From Candidatus Latescibacterota bacterium (GTDB taxonomy: Bacteria > Latescibacterota > UBA2968), in contig JAYODI010000022.1 in the NCBI GenBank assembly GCA_038279365.1, positions 1 through 64,000 on the forward strand: a DNA stretch of 64,000 nucleotides. Reading direction: 5' to 3'. Shown here in pieces: positions 10,839 to 19,600 of the stretch; positions within the stretch are counted from its first letter, which is position 1, and the number at the start of each line of letters is the position of its first letter. The notes below the pieces were generated by a model, which worked only from the letters and a program-made list of their open reading frames with translations, was not told the DNA's origin and made no database searches. A program made the translations under genes and the position numbers.

Positions 10839-11621
10839 TTAGCGTCCGAGTGTTTCAACGGCACCACCCCAACGTTTGAGGGCCGTTTTTTCAAGTCCGT
10901 CTACAAGTAAAAAGAGGGTTGTGCCCATAAGCCCCAACGCTATGAGTGCGGCAAACATCAAATCTGTGGCAAGCTCAGAATTGGCCAGGCGAATGAGGTG
11001 GCCCAAGCCGGCACTGGCCCCAACAAATTCACCCACTACTGCACCAATAACGCTGAGAGTGATGCACATTTTAAGTGCCGCAAAAAGATAGGGAATGGCA
11101 TTTGGCAACCGCACTTTGGTGAAAATTTGGCGGTGATTGGCCGACAGGGAGCGCATCAGGTCGAGGATGAGTGGGTCTACAGACAATAGGCCACGTGTGG
11201 TATTGACCACCACGGGAAAGAAGGATATGAGACCTGCAATAATGACCTTTGGAAGCAACCCAAAACCGAACCAAATCACAAAGATGGGCGCAAGGGCTTC
11301 TTTGGGAAAGGTTTGGGAAGAAATTACCAAAGGATAAAGCATGCGTTCGATGAGGCGAGAGCGGGCCATTGCTATGGCACAGGTGGTTCCAGCACTTGCG
11401 CCAAGGAAGAATCCTCCAATGGCCTCTACCAATGTGACAGACCCGTGCGAAAGCAACAGTTGGTAATTGGAAAAGAGTTTGATGAAGATTTTAGATGGTG
11501 GCGGTAAGATGAATGGGGCTATTTCAAAAACGTGTACGAATATTTCCCAAACGCCTAACAAGATCAATATAAAAACACCAGAAAGGGCATATTCTCGAAT
11601 AAAAAATTGAATGGATTTCAT
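10839..11621 (-). CDS. ABC transporter permease, NitT/TauT family
   Basis: ILPPPS, LAPIFVIWFGFG, SFFPVVVNT, AVVGEFVGASAGLG. Confidence 0.92.
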   Translation of the reverse strand: MKSIQFFIREYALSGVFILILLGVWEIFVHVFEIAPFILPPPSKIFIKLFSNYQLLLSHGSVTLVEAIGGFFLGASAGTTCAIAMARSRLIERMLYPLVISSQTFPKEALAPIFVIWFGFGLLPKVIIAGLISFFPVVVNTTRGLLSVDPLILDLMRSLSANHRQIFTKVRLPNAIPYLFAALKMCITLSVIGAVVGEFVGASAGLGHLIRLANSELATDLMFAALIALGLMGTTLFLLVDGLEKTALKRWGGAVETLGR

Positions 11622-11626
11622 ATATT

Positions 11627-12001
11627 TTATAAGTCGAAGAGAATGATTTGAGCCGAGATGCTACCGGCTTGATTGTGATATTCGGGGTTTTCATTCATGG
11701 CCAAAAACAATGGGCCAGCGTAGGGTGAATAAAAGTCGAAATAATTGCCAACCGATAAGATTGGGCTGTCGCCCACACGCCCAACCAATGCGGCCACATT
11801 GGTGCCAGGCAAGAGATAGTTTTCGTTGGCCATTTTGCCTTCAATGCCATCTGGGCCACACCAGATGGTGGTTAGAGGGCGCATTTCTGGAGACCAAAGG
11901 CCTTCGGCTGCAATAATGACTCGCTGGTCTTTTTGGACTTGTAAGTACATTTCTTGCCAAACCGCATTGGGGCGAATGGTTTTGGTGATGGTAAATGCCA
12001 T
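11627..12001 (-). CDS. LecA/PA-IL-like lectin-fold protein
   Basis: 124 aa; IAAEGLWS, CGPDG, ALVGRVG, LFLAMNE…NQAGSIS parallel LecA IVAAGWAS, WGPQG, ALVMKIG, LIYND…NNSGSFS. Confidence 0.7.
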   Translation of the reverse strand: MAFTITKTIRPNAVWQEMYLQVQKDQRVIIAAEGLWSPEMRPLTTIWCGPDGIEGKMANENYLLPGTNVAALVGRVGDSPILSVGNYFDFYSPYAGPLFLAMNENPEYHNQAGSISAQIILFDL

Positions 12002-12200
12002 ACTGTCTCCTATAGGTTCATTGCTAAAAGTGTTAGGTTCTGAAAATAGTTTGGCAATGGGGGGTTGTCAAGTGAAACGCGTTGGCGAAAAGCATTGACT
12101 CTGTTCATATAAGGTTTATATTATGTGAAAAGTTACGAAAGACCGATAGACGGGTGTTTTTTTATAACTGGTCAACAAATGCAATCGAAAGTTGTTCAAC

Positions 12201-12617
12201 ATGAAACTTGCATCAAATGGAAAATCAATTAACACCGTAATTGGCCGAGGGTCTGTTTCTGAAGGACGTTTTCAAATTGAAACGGGCGTTCGTGTAGATG
12301 GGGTTCTCAAAGGGGAGTTGGTGTCTTCTGGCACGCTCATCGTAGGGGAGTCGGGCGTAATTGAGGCCGATGTCAAGGTGCGAGAGGCACTCATCAGTGG
12401 CCGAGTGGTCGGGGATTTGATAGCTGAAAACAAAGTACATTTGCAAGCGCAAGCCACCTTTATAGGGAAGGTGCAAACACGCGTTTTGGTGGTTGAAGAA
12501 GGTGCTGTATTTAAGGCCGAGTGTGATGCGAGTAGCGAAATCCAAGTGGCAGATCCGGCACATGTCAATGAAGTATCATCGGCAGAACAAGGGGAACCGG
12601 TGAGCAAAAAAGCTTAG
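12201..12617 (+). CDS. bactofilin (polymer-forming cytoskeletal protein)
   Basis: TVIGRG, VRVDGVLKG, LIVGESGVIEAD, ISGRVVGD, LVVEEGAVFKAEC beta-helix repeats. Confidence 0.93.
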   Translation: MKLASNGKSINTVIGRGSVSEGRFQIETGVRVDGVLKGELVSSGTLIVGESGVIEADVKVREALISGRVVGDLIAENKVHLQAQATFIGKVQTRVLVVEEGAVFKAECDASSEIQVADPAHVNEVSSAEQGEPVSKKA

Positions 12618-12637
12618 TATTTGAATGACAAACCCTA

Positions 12638-12672
12638 AAAAAAGCGGTCGGTTTTTAACCGACCGCTTTTTT
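12638..12672. terminator. bidirectional intrinsic terminator
   Basis: A-run GCGGTCGGTT-TTT-AACCGACCGC T-run. Confidence 0.9.
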
Positions 12673-12673
12673 A

Positions 12674-13207
12674 TTAATTTTGTTGAGGATCATCAATTGC
12701 AAATGCCAAAGTGCCATTGGGTTTGTTTTGTTTGGCAACAACCGACATAATTCGTTTTACGGCTTCTCGCTCTAAGGTCGGTACCTTTTCTTCAAATTTA
12801 TCCAACGACCGGTCTACAATTTCATCCCAATTTGCCGTTGGATGTTCTTCTTTTACGGAAAACAAGATGTTGTCTGCCAAGCGCAGGAGACTTTCCGAAT
12901 CCATTTTGGGAGCCCCGCTTGCGGGTGTCAGATCAATGGCAGGGTCGGCGCCCAGTGATGATTCGTTGCGACCTAAGCTGCGCAACAAACTGCGTGCAGA
13001 GGTTGCTATACCAAACAAATGTGCCTCGAGTATTTCAACATCTTTGCTTTCGCGTTTAACTTGTGCGGCTTTTTCACGTACATGCCGACTCATGATGTAG
13101 AGAATTTCTGCAATGCGCAAAGCGGCACGTTGTGTGAGAAACTGATAGACATTTAAAATAAAAAGAATGGCTATCAGAATGACCAACATCAGTGTAACAA
13201 CAGACAT
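12674..13207 (-). CDS. hypothetical protein with N-terminal membrane anchor and helical body
   Basis: RBS AGGAGG before ATG 13207; TM VVTLMLVILIAILFILNVYQFL. Confidence 0.7.
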   Translation of the reverse strand: MSVVTLMLVILIAILFILNVYQFLTQRAALRIAEILYIMSRHVREKAAQVKRESKDVEILEAHLFGIATSARSLLRSLGRNESSLGADPAIDLTPASGAPKMDSESLLRLADNILFSVKEEHPTANWDEIVDRSLDKFEEKVPTLEREAVKRIMSVVAKQNKPNGTLAFAIDDPQQN

Positions 13208-13498
13208 GAGACGCCTCCTTCGAGAGAATTGTTGGGAGATCAAAGGTGGGTCGGGGCAAGCCAGTGTACGATTTTAAAAAAGGATTGTCAAGTTGAACTA
13301 ATATTATCCTAAATAAAAACTTTCATTTTTCTCGAAATAAAATTTAGGAATGTACATCACTTATAGTCGATTTGTCCTATATTATCGGGAGATGAGTGTC
13401 AGTCGAAAGGAAGGCTGCTTACCTCGTGGTCTATTTCCCAGACGTGCTGGATTTTAGCCATAAATTTTATGCTGGTTTGAATAAAAGGAGTCGGCATT

Positions 13499-13831
13499 AT
13501 GCTCTGGTTCCTATTGATACTGATTATTGCGGGTTTGCTTTATTCGGCATTCAATCTCATGAACTACCAGGCCGTGTTAGAAGATGCGCGCAGTCGTATT
13601 CGCGATTTGGAAATGACGGTTCAAAAATTTGAAAAAGCGGTTGAAAATGAGCAGAAACAAGGTCGTCTGGTTGCCGAAAAGCTTTCCTTAAGCAAGGAAA
13701 CCGAGTCAGAGCTCAAAAATGAGATCACGTTAACGGTGACACGTGTACAAGAAGAGCAAAAAAAAGAGAATGAGCTTGAGATGAATATGTACAAACAAGA
13801 GTTTAAGCGGAACAAACAGCGCAAATATTAA
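13499..13831 (+). CDS. small TM-anchored coiled-coil protein, family A copy 1
   Basis: RBS AAGGAG; N-terminal TM, about 80-aa heptad region, basic tail; paralog of 14363. Confidence 0.8.
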   Translation: MLWFLLILIIAGLLYSAFNLMNYQAVLEDARSRIRDLEMTVQKFEKAVENEQKQGRLVAEKLSLSKETESELKNEITLTVTRVQEEQKKENELEMNMYKQEFKRNKQRKY

Positions 13832-13843
13832 AGAGGGTTTACG

Positions 13844-14140
13844 ATGGTTCTTGAGTTGATTACATTGGCTATTTTGGCAATTGTGTTGCTTGTTAAGTAT
13901 GGTACATCTGCACACATTGTAAAATTGAACCAACGACAATTGGTGTTGGACAACGAATGTCAGCAGCATCAATCGCGTTGTAAGGCACTTGTGAAGGAAC
14001 GAAAAGCTGCTGAAGGAGAAGAGCGCAATATTCGTCTGAATATTAGCAAACTGGAGGCGCGTTTGGATGAGGTGAGAAGTCAATTGTCTGAACAAGAAGA
14101 GCGCAATCGAGATTTGCAAGATCGCGCATTGGGTAATTAG
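13844..14140 (+). CDS. small TM-anchored coiled-coil protein, family B copy 1
   Basis: MVLELIT…KYG TM followed by a coiled coil; paralog of 14781. Confidence 0.8.
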   Translation: MVLELITLAILAIVLLVKYGTSAHIVKLNQRQLVLDNECQQHQSRCKALVKERKAAEGEERNIRLNISKLEARLDEVRSQLSEQEERNRDLQDRALGN

Positions 14141-14159
14141 GTGAGATTTAAAAACAATG

Positions 14160-14197
14160 AAAAAAGGGATGCGATGTTATATCGCATCCCTTTTTTT
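14160..14197 (+). terminator. intrinsic terminator
   Basis: A-run GGGATGCGAT/ATCGCATCCC T7. Confidence 0.88.
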
Positions 14198-14289
14198 GTA
14201 ACAAAATGTTATACTTTGAAATATTTAAAAAATATGCAAAAATGGCATAAAGCACTGTTATATATAGAAATATGCGTATTTTGTGCAAG

Positions 14290-14304
14290 TGGCATCGTAC
14301 TTGC
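14290..14304 (+). promoter_or_regulatory. putative sigma54 -24/-12 promoter
   Basis: TGGCATCGTACTTGC is a near-consensus TGGCAY-N5-TTGC; AT-rich intergenic region 58 nt before ATG 14363. Confidence 0.7.
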
Positions 14305-14362
14305 GTATTGTAATGGATGAAAGCGCTCCCCAAAGACAGATGTTTTAACAAAGGGGTTTATT

Positions 14363-14704
14363 ATGGAATGGATTTGCGTTGCATTGATTATCGGCTCAAT
14401 GGTGTATTCTGGAGGCATTGTGGTCGAATATACAAACCTTAATTTGGAAATATGCCCTCAGATTAGCCAATTGGAGTGTAAGATTGGTGAATGGGCAAAT
14501 GCGGCCCAAATTGAGATACAAGAGAAAGACAGAATAAAACAAGAAACAGAAGCCATTCGCATGATGGTTGGAGATCTGCAGTTGACAGTGGATCAAGCCA
14601 AATTGCGAATGCAAGCTGCTTTGTTAAGAAAAAAGCGATTGGATATGGCATTGTTAAAAAGCAGTATTAGGTCGCGGCGATCAACGCGTATGAATCAGAT
14701 ATAG
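14363..14704 (+). CDS. small TM-anchored coiled-coil protein, family A copy 2
   Basis: Ungapped similarity to the 13499 ORF (W3, LII, YS, Y23, I34, LE, L93, M95, K99). Confidence 0.78.
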   Translation: MEWICVALIIGSMVYSGGIVVEYTNLNLEICPQISQLECKIGEWANAAQIEIQEKDRIKQETEAIRMMVGDLQLTVDQAKLRMQAALLRKKRLDMALLKSSIRSRRSTRMNQI

Positions 14705-14780
14705 GCTCCATATTTTTGTGGAAGATTTAAGAGGAGGGTGAAACGGTCATTGATGGTTGCGCCTGAAAAGGAGGCGGGGG

Positions 14781-15137
14781 ATGATTCTGGAATTGATTAC
14801 ATTTGTTATGCTTGCTTTGGTTTTGATTATCAAATATGGTGCGGTTACCCGCATTGTTCGTCTCAAGCAACGATTGCGCGAAGTAGATGGGGCGTGTCGT
14901 AAAGAGAAGGAAAATCTGAAATTGTATCAGGCAGAGCGTTTTGCTGCCGAACGTGAGCAAAGCATGTTGGTGAGACAAAGGCGTGTGTTGCAAGATGAAT
15001 TGAGACGATTAAATACAGAATTGGAAGTGTTAAAAGAAGAAGGTCGAGGCGCAATTGAGGAATTGGTGCGCCGAAATGCACATGTTGATGTAAAATTGAT
15101 CACGGGTGGGGAGATTGCTTCTGAAGATGAGGAATAA
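14781..15137 (+). CDS. small TM-anchored coiled-coil protein, family B copy 2
   Basis: RBS AAGGAGG; MILELIT…KYG…IV.L.QR…ER.AAE shared with the 13844 ORF. Confidence 0.8.
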   Translation: MILELITFVMLALVLIIKYGAVTRIVRLKQRLREVDGACRKEKENLKLYQAERFAAEREQSMLVRQRRVLQDELRRLNTELEVLKEEGRGAIEELVRRNAHVDVKLITGGEIASEDEE

Positions 15138-15162
15138 ATGACGCTCAAGATTGTTAAACATT

Positions 15163-15203
15163 AAAAAATCCCGTATCGCAAATTTAAGATACGGGATTTT
15201 TTT
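15163..15203. terminator. bidirectional intrinsic terminator
   Basis: A-run TCCCGTATC/GATACGGGA T-run. Confidence 0.85.
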
Positions 15204-15205
15204 GA

Positions 15206-15985
15206 TTAAAATGTGCCATTCAACACTTTGTCGTAACACGAATCTATTTGTAAGCCATCTGCGCCGAATTGCAGCATTTTTTGAATATGGTGTTCACCTT
15301 GTTTTTGTGAATCGCCCGTTTTGTAGTGATAGGTATTGATGCTCACAATAACTTCCAAGCCCAAATTGTGAAATTTTGTTATGGTGTCTTGGGTAAAGTC
15401 ATCGCCGTGGTTGAATATGTAGTGGTCTTTGACAAATGTGGGATTTTGGGCAATAGCTTGTTGTGTTTCTAACACCGATTGTCGCCAAGAAACTTTGCAT
15501 TTGCCTGCGAATTTTTGAGCAATGGGTGATTGGTTGTTAACGGGGATTTTGTTGATCAAAATAAGAGCTTCGGCCAAAAGATTGTGTTTTTTAAGTGCTG
15601 TTTCAATTTCGTGGGCATACGTATCAATATAAGGTGTTTGACAGCCTTTTAAGTCGATCATGACGCCAATACGACCCGCGCAATGGGAACAGTAATTTTC
15701 AAATGTGGGTATTTTTTCACCTGATCGGGTCAGCGTGATTTGAGTGACCTGCTTTAAGGGTAATTCTGAAATTTTGCCTGGGACACCCGCTTCTTCTTGC
15801 AAGTTGTCATTGTGGAAGCACACAACATGGCCATCTGCCGTGATGCGGGCATCTATTTCGACATGGGTATATCCACGTGCAATGGCTTCTTCAAGGGCCT
15901 GTAAACTGTTTTCTGAGCGTTGGGCATCTACAACGCCGCCACGGTGAGCAATGAGCTTTTGGGGTTGGGTATGGAATGGGGGCAT
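15206..15985 (-). CDS. glycerophosphodiester phosphodiesterase family protein
   Basis: IAHRGG, ENSL, VEID, VCFHND, IPTF, IDLK. Confidence 0.9.
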   Translation of the reverse strand: MPPFHTQPQKLIAHRGGVVDAQRSENSLQALEEAIARGYTHVEIDARITADGHVVCFHNDNLQEEAGVPGKISELPLKQVTQITLTRSGEKIPTFENYCSHCAGRIGVMIDLKGCQTPYIDTYAHEIETALKKHNLLAEALILINKIPVNNQSPIAQKFAGKCKVSWRQSVLETQQAIAQNPTFVKDHYIFNHGDDFTQDTITKFHNLGLEVIVSINTYHYKTGDSQKQGEHHIQKMLQFGADGLQIDSCYDKVLNGTF

Positions 15986-15998
15986 ATTAAAGACTCAT

Positions 15999-16676
15999 TT
16001 ATGTTTGCACGTAAGGAATGGGATCAATAAATCCGGCTTGTTTAAAAGCGCGTAAACGCAAGGCGCAACTGTCGCACCGACCACAGGCCTGGTCATTGTT
16101 TTGATAACAAGACCAAGTAAGGTGCAAAGGGGCTTGGAGGTCATGACCTATTTGAACGATTTGTGTTTTGTTGTGATGTATAATGGGGGTTCGAAGCTGA
16201 ATGTTGTGGGCTGGGTGGGTGCCTGCCTGAATGGCTTGTGCAAAGGTGGTGCAAAATGTTTCAGTGCAGTCGGGATAACCGGAACTGTCTTCTTCTACAA
16301 CACCGATGTAGATGGCCTCGGCATGTATGATTTCTGCCCAAGAGGTGGCAAGACATAGCAAGTGTGCATTGCGAAATGGTACGTAGGTAATGGGTACTTC
16401 GTGGCTGTTAAGATTGGCTTCGGGCACAGGAATGGATGTATCGGTCAGCGCCGATCCACCAATATCGGCCAGATATTGCATATTCACTGTGCGCCGTCGT
16501 TCGATGGGCACGTTGTAGTGGTTGGCAATATCCGTAAAGGCTTTTGATTCCCGCTGCCAGGTGCGTTGACCGTAGTTCAGGTGGAGAAGGGCCAAGTCGT
16601 GGTTTTGGGATGCAAAAGCGGTGGTCACGCAACTGTCGAGACCACCACTTAAGAGTACAATTGCAAGTTTAGACAT
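15999..16676 (-). CDS. queC: 7-cyano-7-deazaguanine synthase
   Basis: LSGGLDS, YGQR, TYVPFRN, GYPDC, TWSCY, CGRCDSC.LR. Confidence 0.96.
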   Translation of the reverse strand: MSKLAIVLLSGGLDSCVTTAFASQNHDLALLHLNYGQRTWQRESKAFTDIANHYNVPIERRRTVNMQYLADIGGSALTDTSIPVPEANLNSHEVPITYVPFRNAHLLCLATSWAEIIHAEAIYIGVVEEDSSGYPDCTETFCTTFAQAIQAGTHPAHNIQLRTPIIHHNKTQIVQIGHDLQAPLHLTWSCYQNNDQACGRCDSCALRLRAFKQAGFIDPIPYVQT

Positions 16677-16678
16677 TT

Positions 16679-19600
16679 TTAAGATTTGGCTGAAGCAACA
16701 ACGCGTTTTGCGTAGTGAGACAGATCGTCCATAAGTGAGTAAACCGTGGGCAATAAAACGAGTGTCATGAGTGTGGAAACCGAAAGCCCAGAAACCACAA
16801 CCAAGCCAATGGGGCCCCAGCGGCGCGCGGTGCCATCGGCATTGCCATAGAGCATGGGGATAACCAAGGGCATAAGACCAATAATGGTTGTTGTGGCTGT
16901 CATCATAATGGGACGAAGGCGATCTTGGCCCCCTCTAATAATGGCTTCGCGCCTGAAAAGACCTTGCCTGCGGTATCGGTTGATATGATCGACAAGCACA
17001 ATGCCATTGTTGACCACGATGCCAAATAAAATAAGCAGGCCATATTTGGCATTGCTGTCCATGGCGATGCCTGTAGAATAAAGCCCTAATGCCACACCAA
17101 TAAATGCAAACCCGATGCAAAACATAATGGTGAAGGGGTGCACATAAGACTCAAAGAGGGATGCCATAATAATATAAATCAGAACTGCAGCAAAAAGCAT
17201 GATGGCACTGTCTTGGCCTTGTTCTTCGGCCATCCACCGAAAACTGCGATCCATTTCGGCAGTATAGCCTTTGGGCAAAGAAATGTTTGCCATGCGTTCT
17301 TGCATCAACATACCCACCCGAAAGCGAGCCGTTGACTCGGTATTGGCAAAAACGGAAACTGTGGACATGCGGTCTTCGCGTCGAATGGTGTTTCGGCCTT
17401 TTTGAAGGTCAAAATTGGCCAAACTTGAAAAGGTGACCATGCCCGCATCACTTTCAAATTCTGAATTTTTAAGTTGTTCAAGTGTGGCCCGGTCTTCTTC
17501 GCGCAGTTGAACGGTGATGTCTATTTCACCATCGGGCGTTTTAAACTGTGTGCCACCGCGAGTTCCAAGCGCCGAGGCAATGGTTGATGCCACTTCTCTG
17601 GGTGACAAACCGTATCTTTGGGCACGTTCTCTGTTGACTGTTACTCGAATCTCTTCGGTGCCACTTTCAAGGCTTGTTTCAATTTCATTGACACCTGAGA
17701 TATCTTGCATTTGCAAACGAATGTCTTCTGCCAAAATGGCCAAAACTTGTGGATTTCTTCCCTTGATTTCGATGCCTACCCCCGTATTCCCGCCCCCACG
17801 AGATCCGCCAGTTTTGAACCTGACACCAGGAATGTCTGAAGGTAAGAGTGCCATCACTGCTTTTTGAATTTCATCAGAAGACAATGTAGATTCTTCGGGG
17901 GGTTTCAAATATAGCGTAATGCGATTGCTTCTGCGACTGCTATAGCGTGTGCCCAATGCTGCAATATCCAATTCGTCGCTTTTGGGCATGATGATGCCTT
18001 CGACTTGTTTGAACAAATCACGTGCATTATCGACATCGTAGTTGCGTGGTAATTCGACGGAGATGCTGATTTGCCCAGAGCGTTGGAATCGGTAGGGTTG
18101 TTGTTCGACTTTGCTGTAAATATAATTTCCCGCAAAAAGAATGATAACGGCAGAGGATAAGGTGGCCCATCGGTAGTGTAAGGTGGTGGTAATCATGCGC
18201 TCATAGGCTCCTTTGATGCCAATCTTACGATAGCGCACCATCAAGAACGCGATGAAGGCAAAGATGAGACCCACCGTGATTTTGATGTTGGTTGATACGT
18301 CTAATAGGGCCAAAAAGAACTGTTTGCAGGTGTCATAGATGCTGCCCAATGTATAATCTGTGTAGGCAAAAAGCGCATATACACCCAGGCAGGCAAAAAG
18401 ACCAACTGCTATTTTTAATGCCGTATCGACACGTGATAATCCATCTCGAAAAGCTCGTGATGTGGCCAGTGGTATGAGCGAAAGCGCAATAAAAAAAGAA
18501 GCCACAACAGAGATAACCACCGTAATGGCGAAGTCTCGCATAAAGAGGGCACTGCGAGAATCTGTGACAAAGATGATGGGAACAAACACACATATGGTGG
18601 TTAACGATGCGGCCAAAACAGGCACGCCAATTTCGTCGCTGCCTTCCAATGCGGCAGTGGTTGGATCTAAGCCTTCGTCATACCGTTTGCGAAAGATGTT
18701 TTCAAGGGCCACAACGGCAGGGTCAACAAGCATCCCAATGGCCACCATAAGCCCCATCATTGAAATGAGATTGAGGGTGATGGTGGCACCCGTAAATTGG
18801 CGCATAAAGTACATGATGAGGAACACACATAGAGCCGATACGGGAATAGATGACCCAATGATGAGGGTGGAACGGAAATTCCGTAAAAATATAAAGATGG
18901 CAACCACGGCTAAGATGCCACCCATAATCGCAGATTGCGACAAATTGGTGATACCGGTTGTGACATCTTCGGAACGATCTCTTACAATAAGGGCTTTGAG
19001 TTTGTCGCGCCCCACTTCATCTAAAATGGCATTGAGTTCTGCGCGAACAAGATTGGCGGTGCTGACCATATTGGCTGTGGATGATTTTTGTATTTCGAGT
19101 GTCACTGACTCACGGCCATCTAAGCGTTCGAAGCTGGTTTTTTCTGGATAGTCATAGGTGACATCGGCAACATCTTTGAGCTGGATGTCGGCACGTAAGG
19201 GTTGGTTGGCAATTTGATCCATGATCTCAAATTCGCCAATGGCTCTTACGGGTAAGCGGCGTTCTCCGTCGGCAACAAATCCGGCAGAAACATTGGCGTT
19301 GTTGTTGCGCAAGGAACTGTTAATGGTTCGAAAGTCGAGGTTGTGTGAACTGAGTTTGTTTTGGTCTACATCTACGAGCAAAACTTTTTCATCTAAACCC
19401 TGCAAAGAGACATTGCCCACACCTTCTAAGCGTTGGAGGCGGGGTAAAATGACTTGGTTATAAATGTCGACCAAATCATTGTCATTTTCACCGGCCCAAG
19501 TCAGTGAATATTCGAGAATGGGAAAGTCTTCAAAATTCCAGCGACGAATTTCGATGCGGTCCACGTCGTCGGGTAAAAGACTGCGCACTTGATCCAATCG

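Noticed and set aside
13394-13422. Resemblance of GTCAGTCGAAAGGAAGGCTG to SRP RNA helix 8
   Set aside because: Lacks the conserved CAGG/AGCA internal loop and the long SRP stem.
15999-16676. queC as part of a 7-deazaguanine (Dpd) or QatABCD defence system
   Set aside because: Canonical-length QueC; no dpd, qat, TatD or tgt-like neighbours, so housekeeping queuosine synthesis is more likely.
18462-19151. Long antisense ORFs (this 229-aa ORF; also 26572-27147, 3271-3819, 49090-49608)
   Set aside because: Shadows of well-supported genes on the opposite strand; no motifs.
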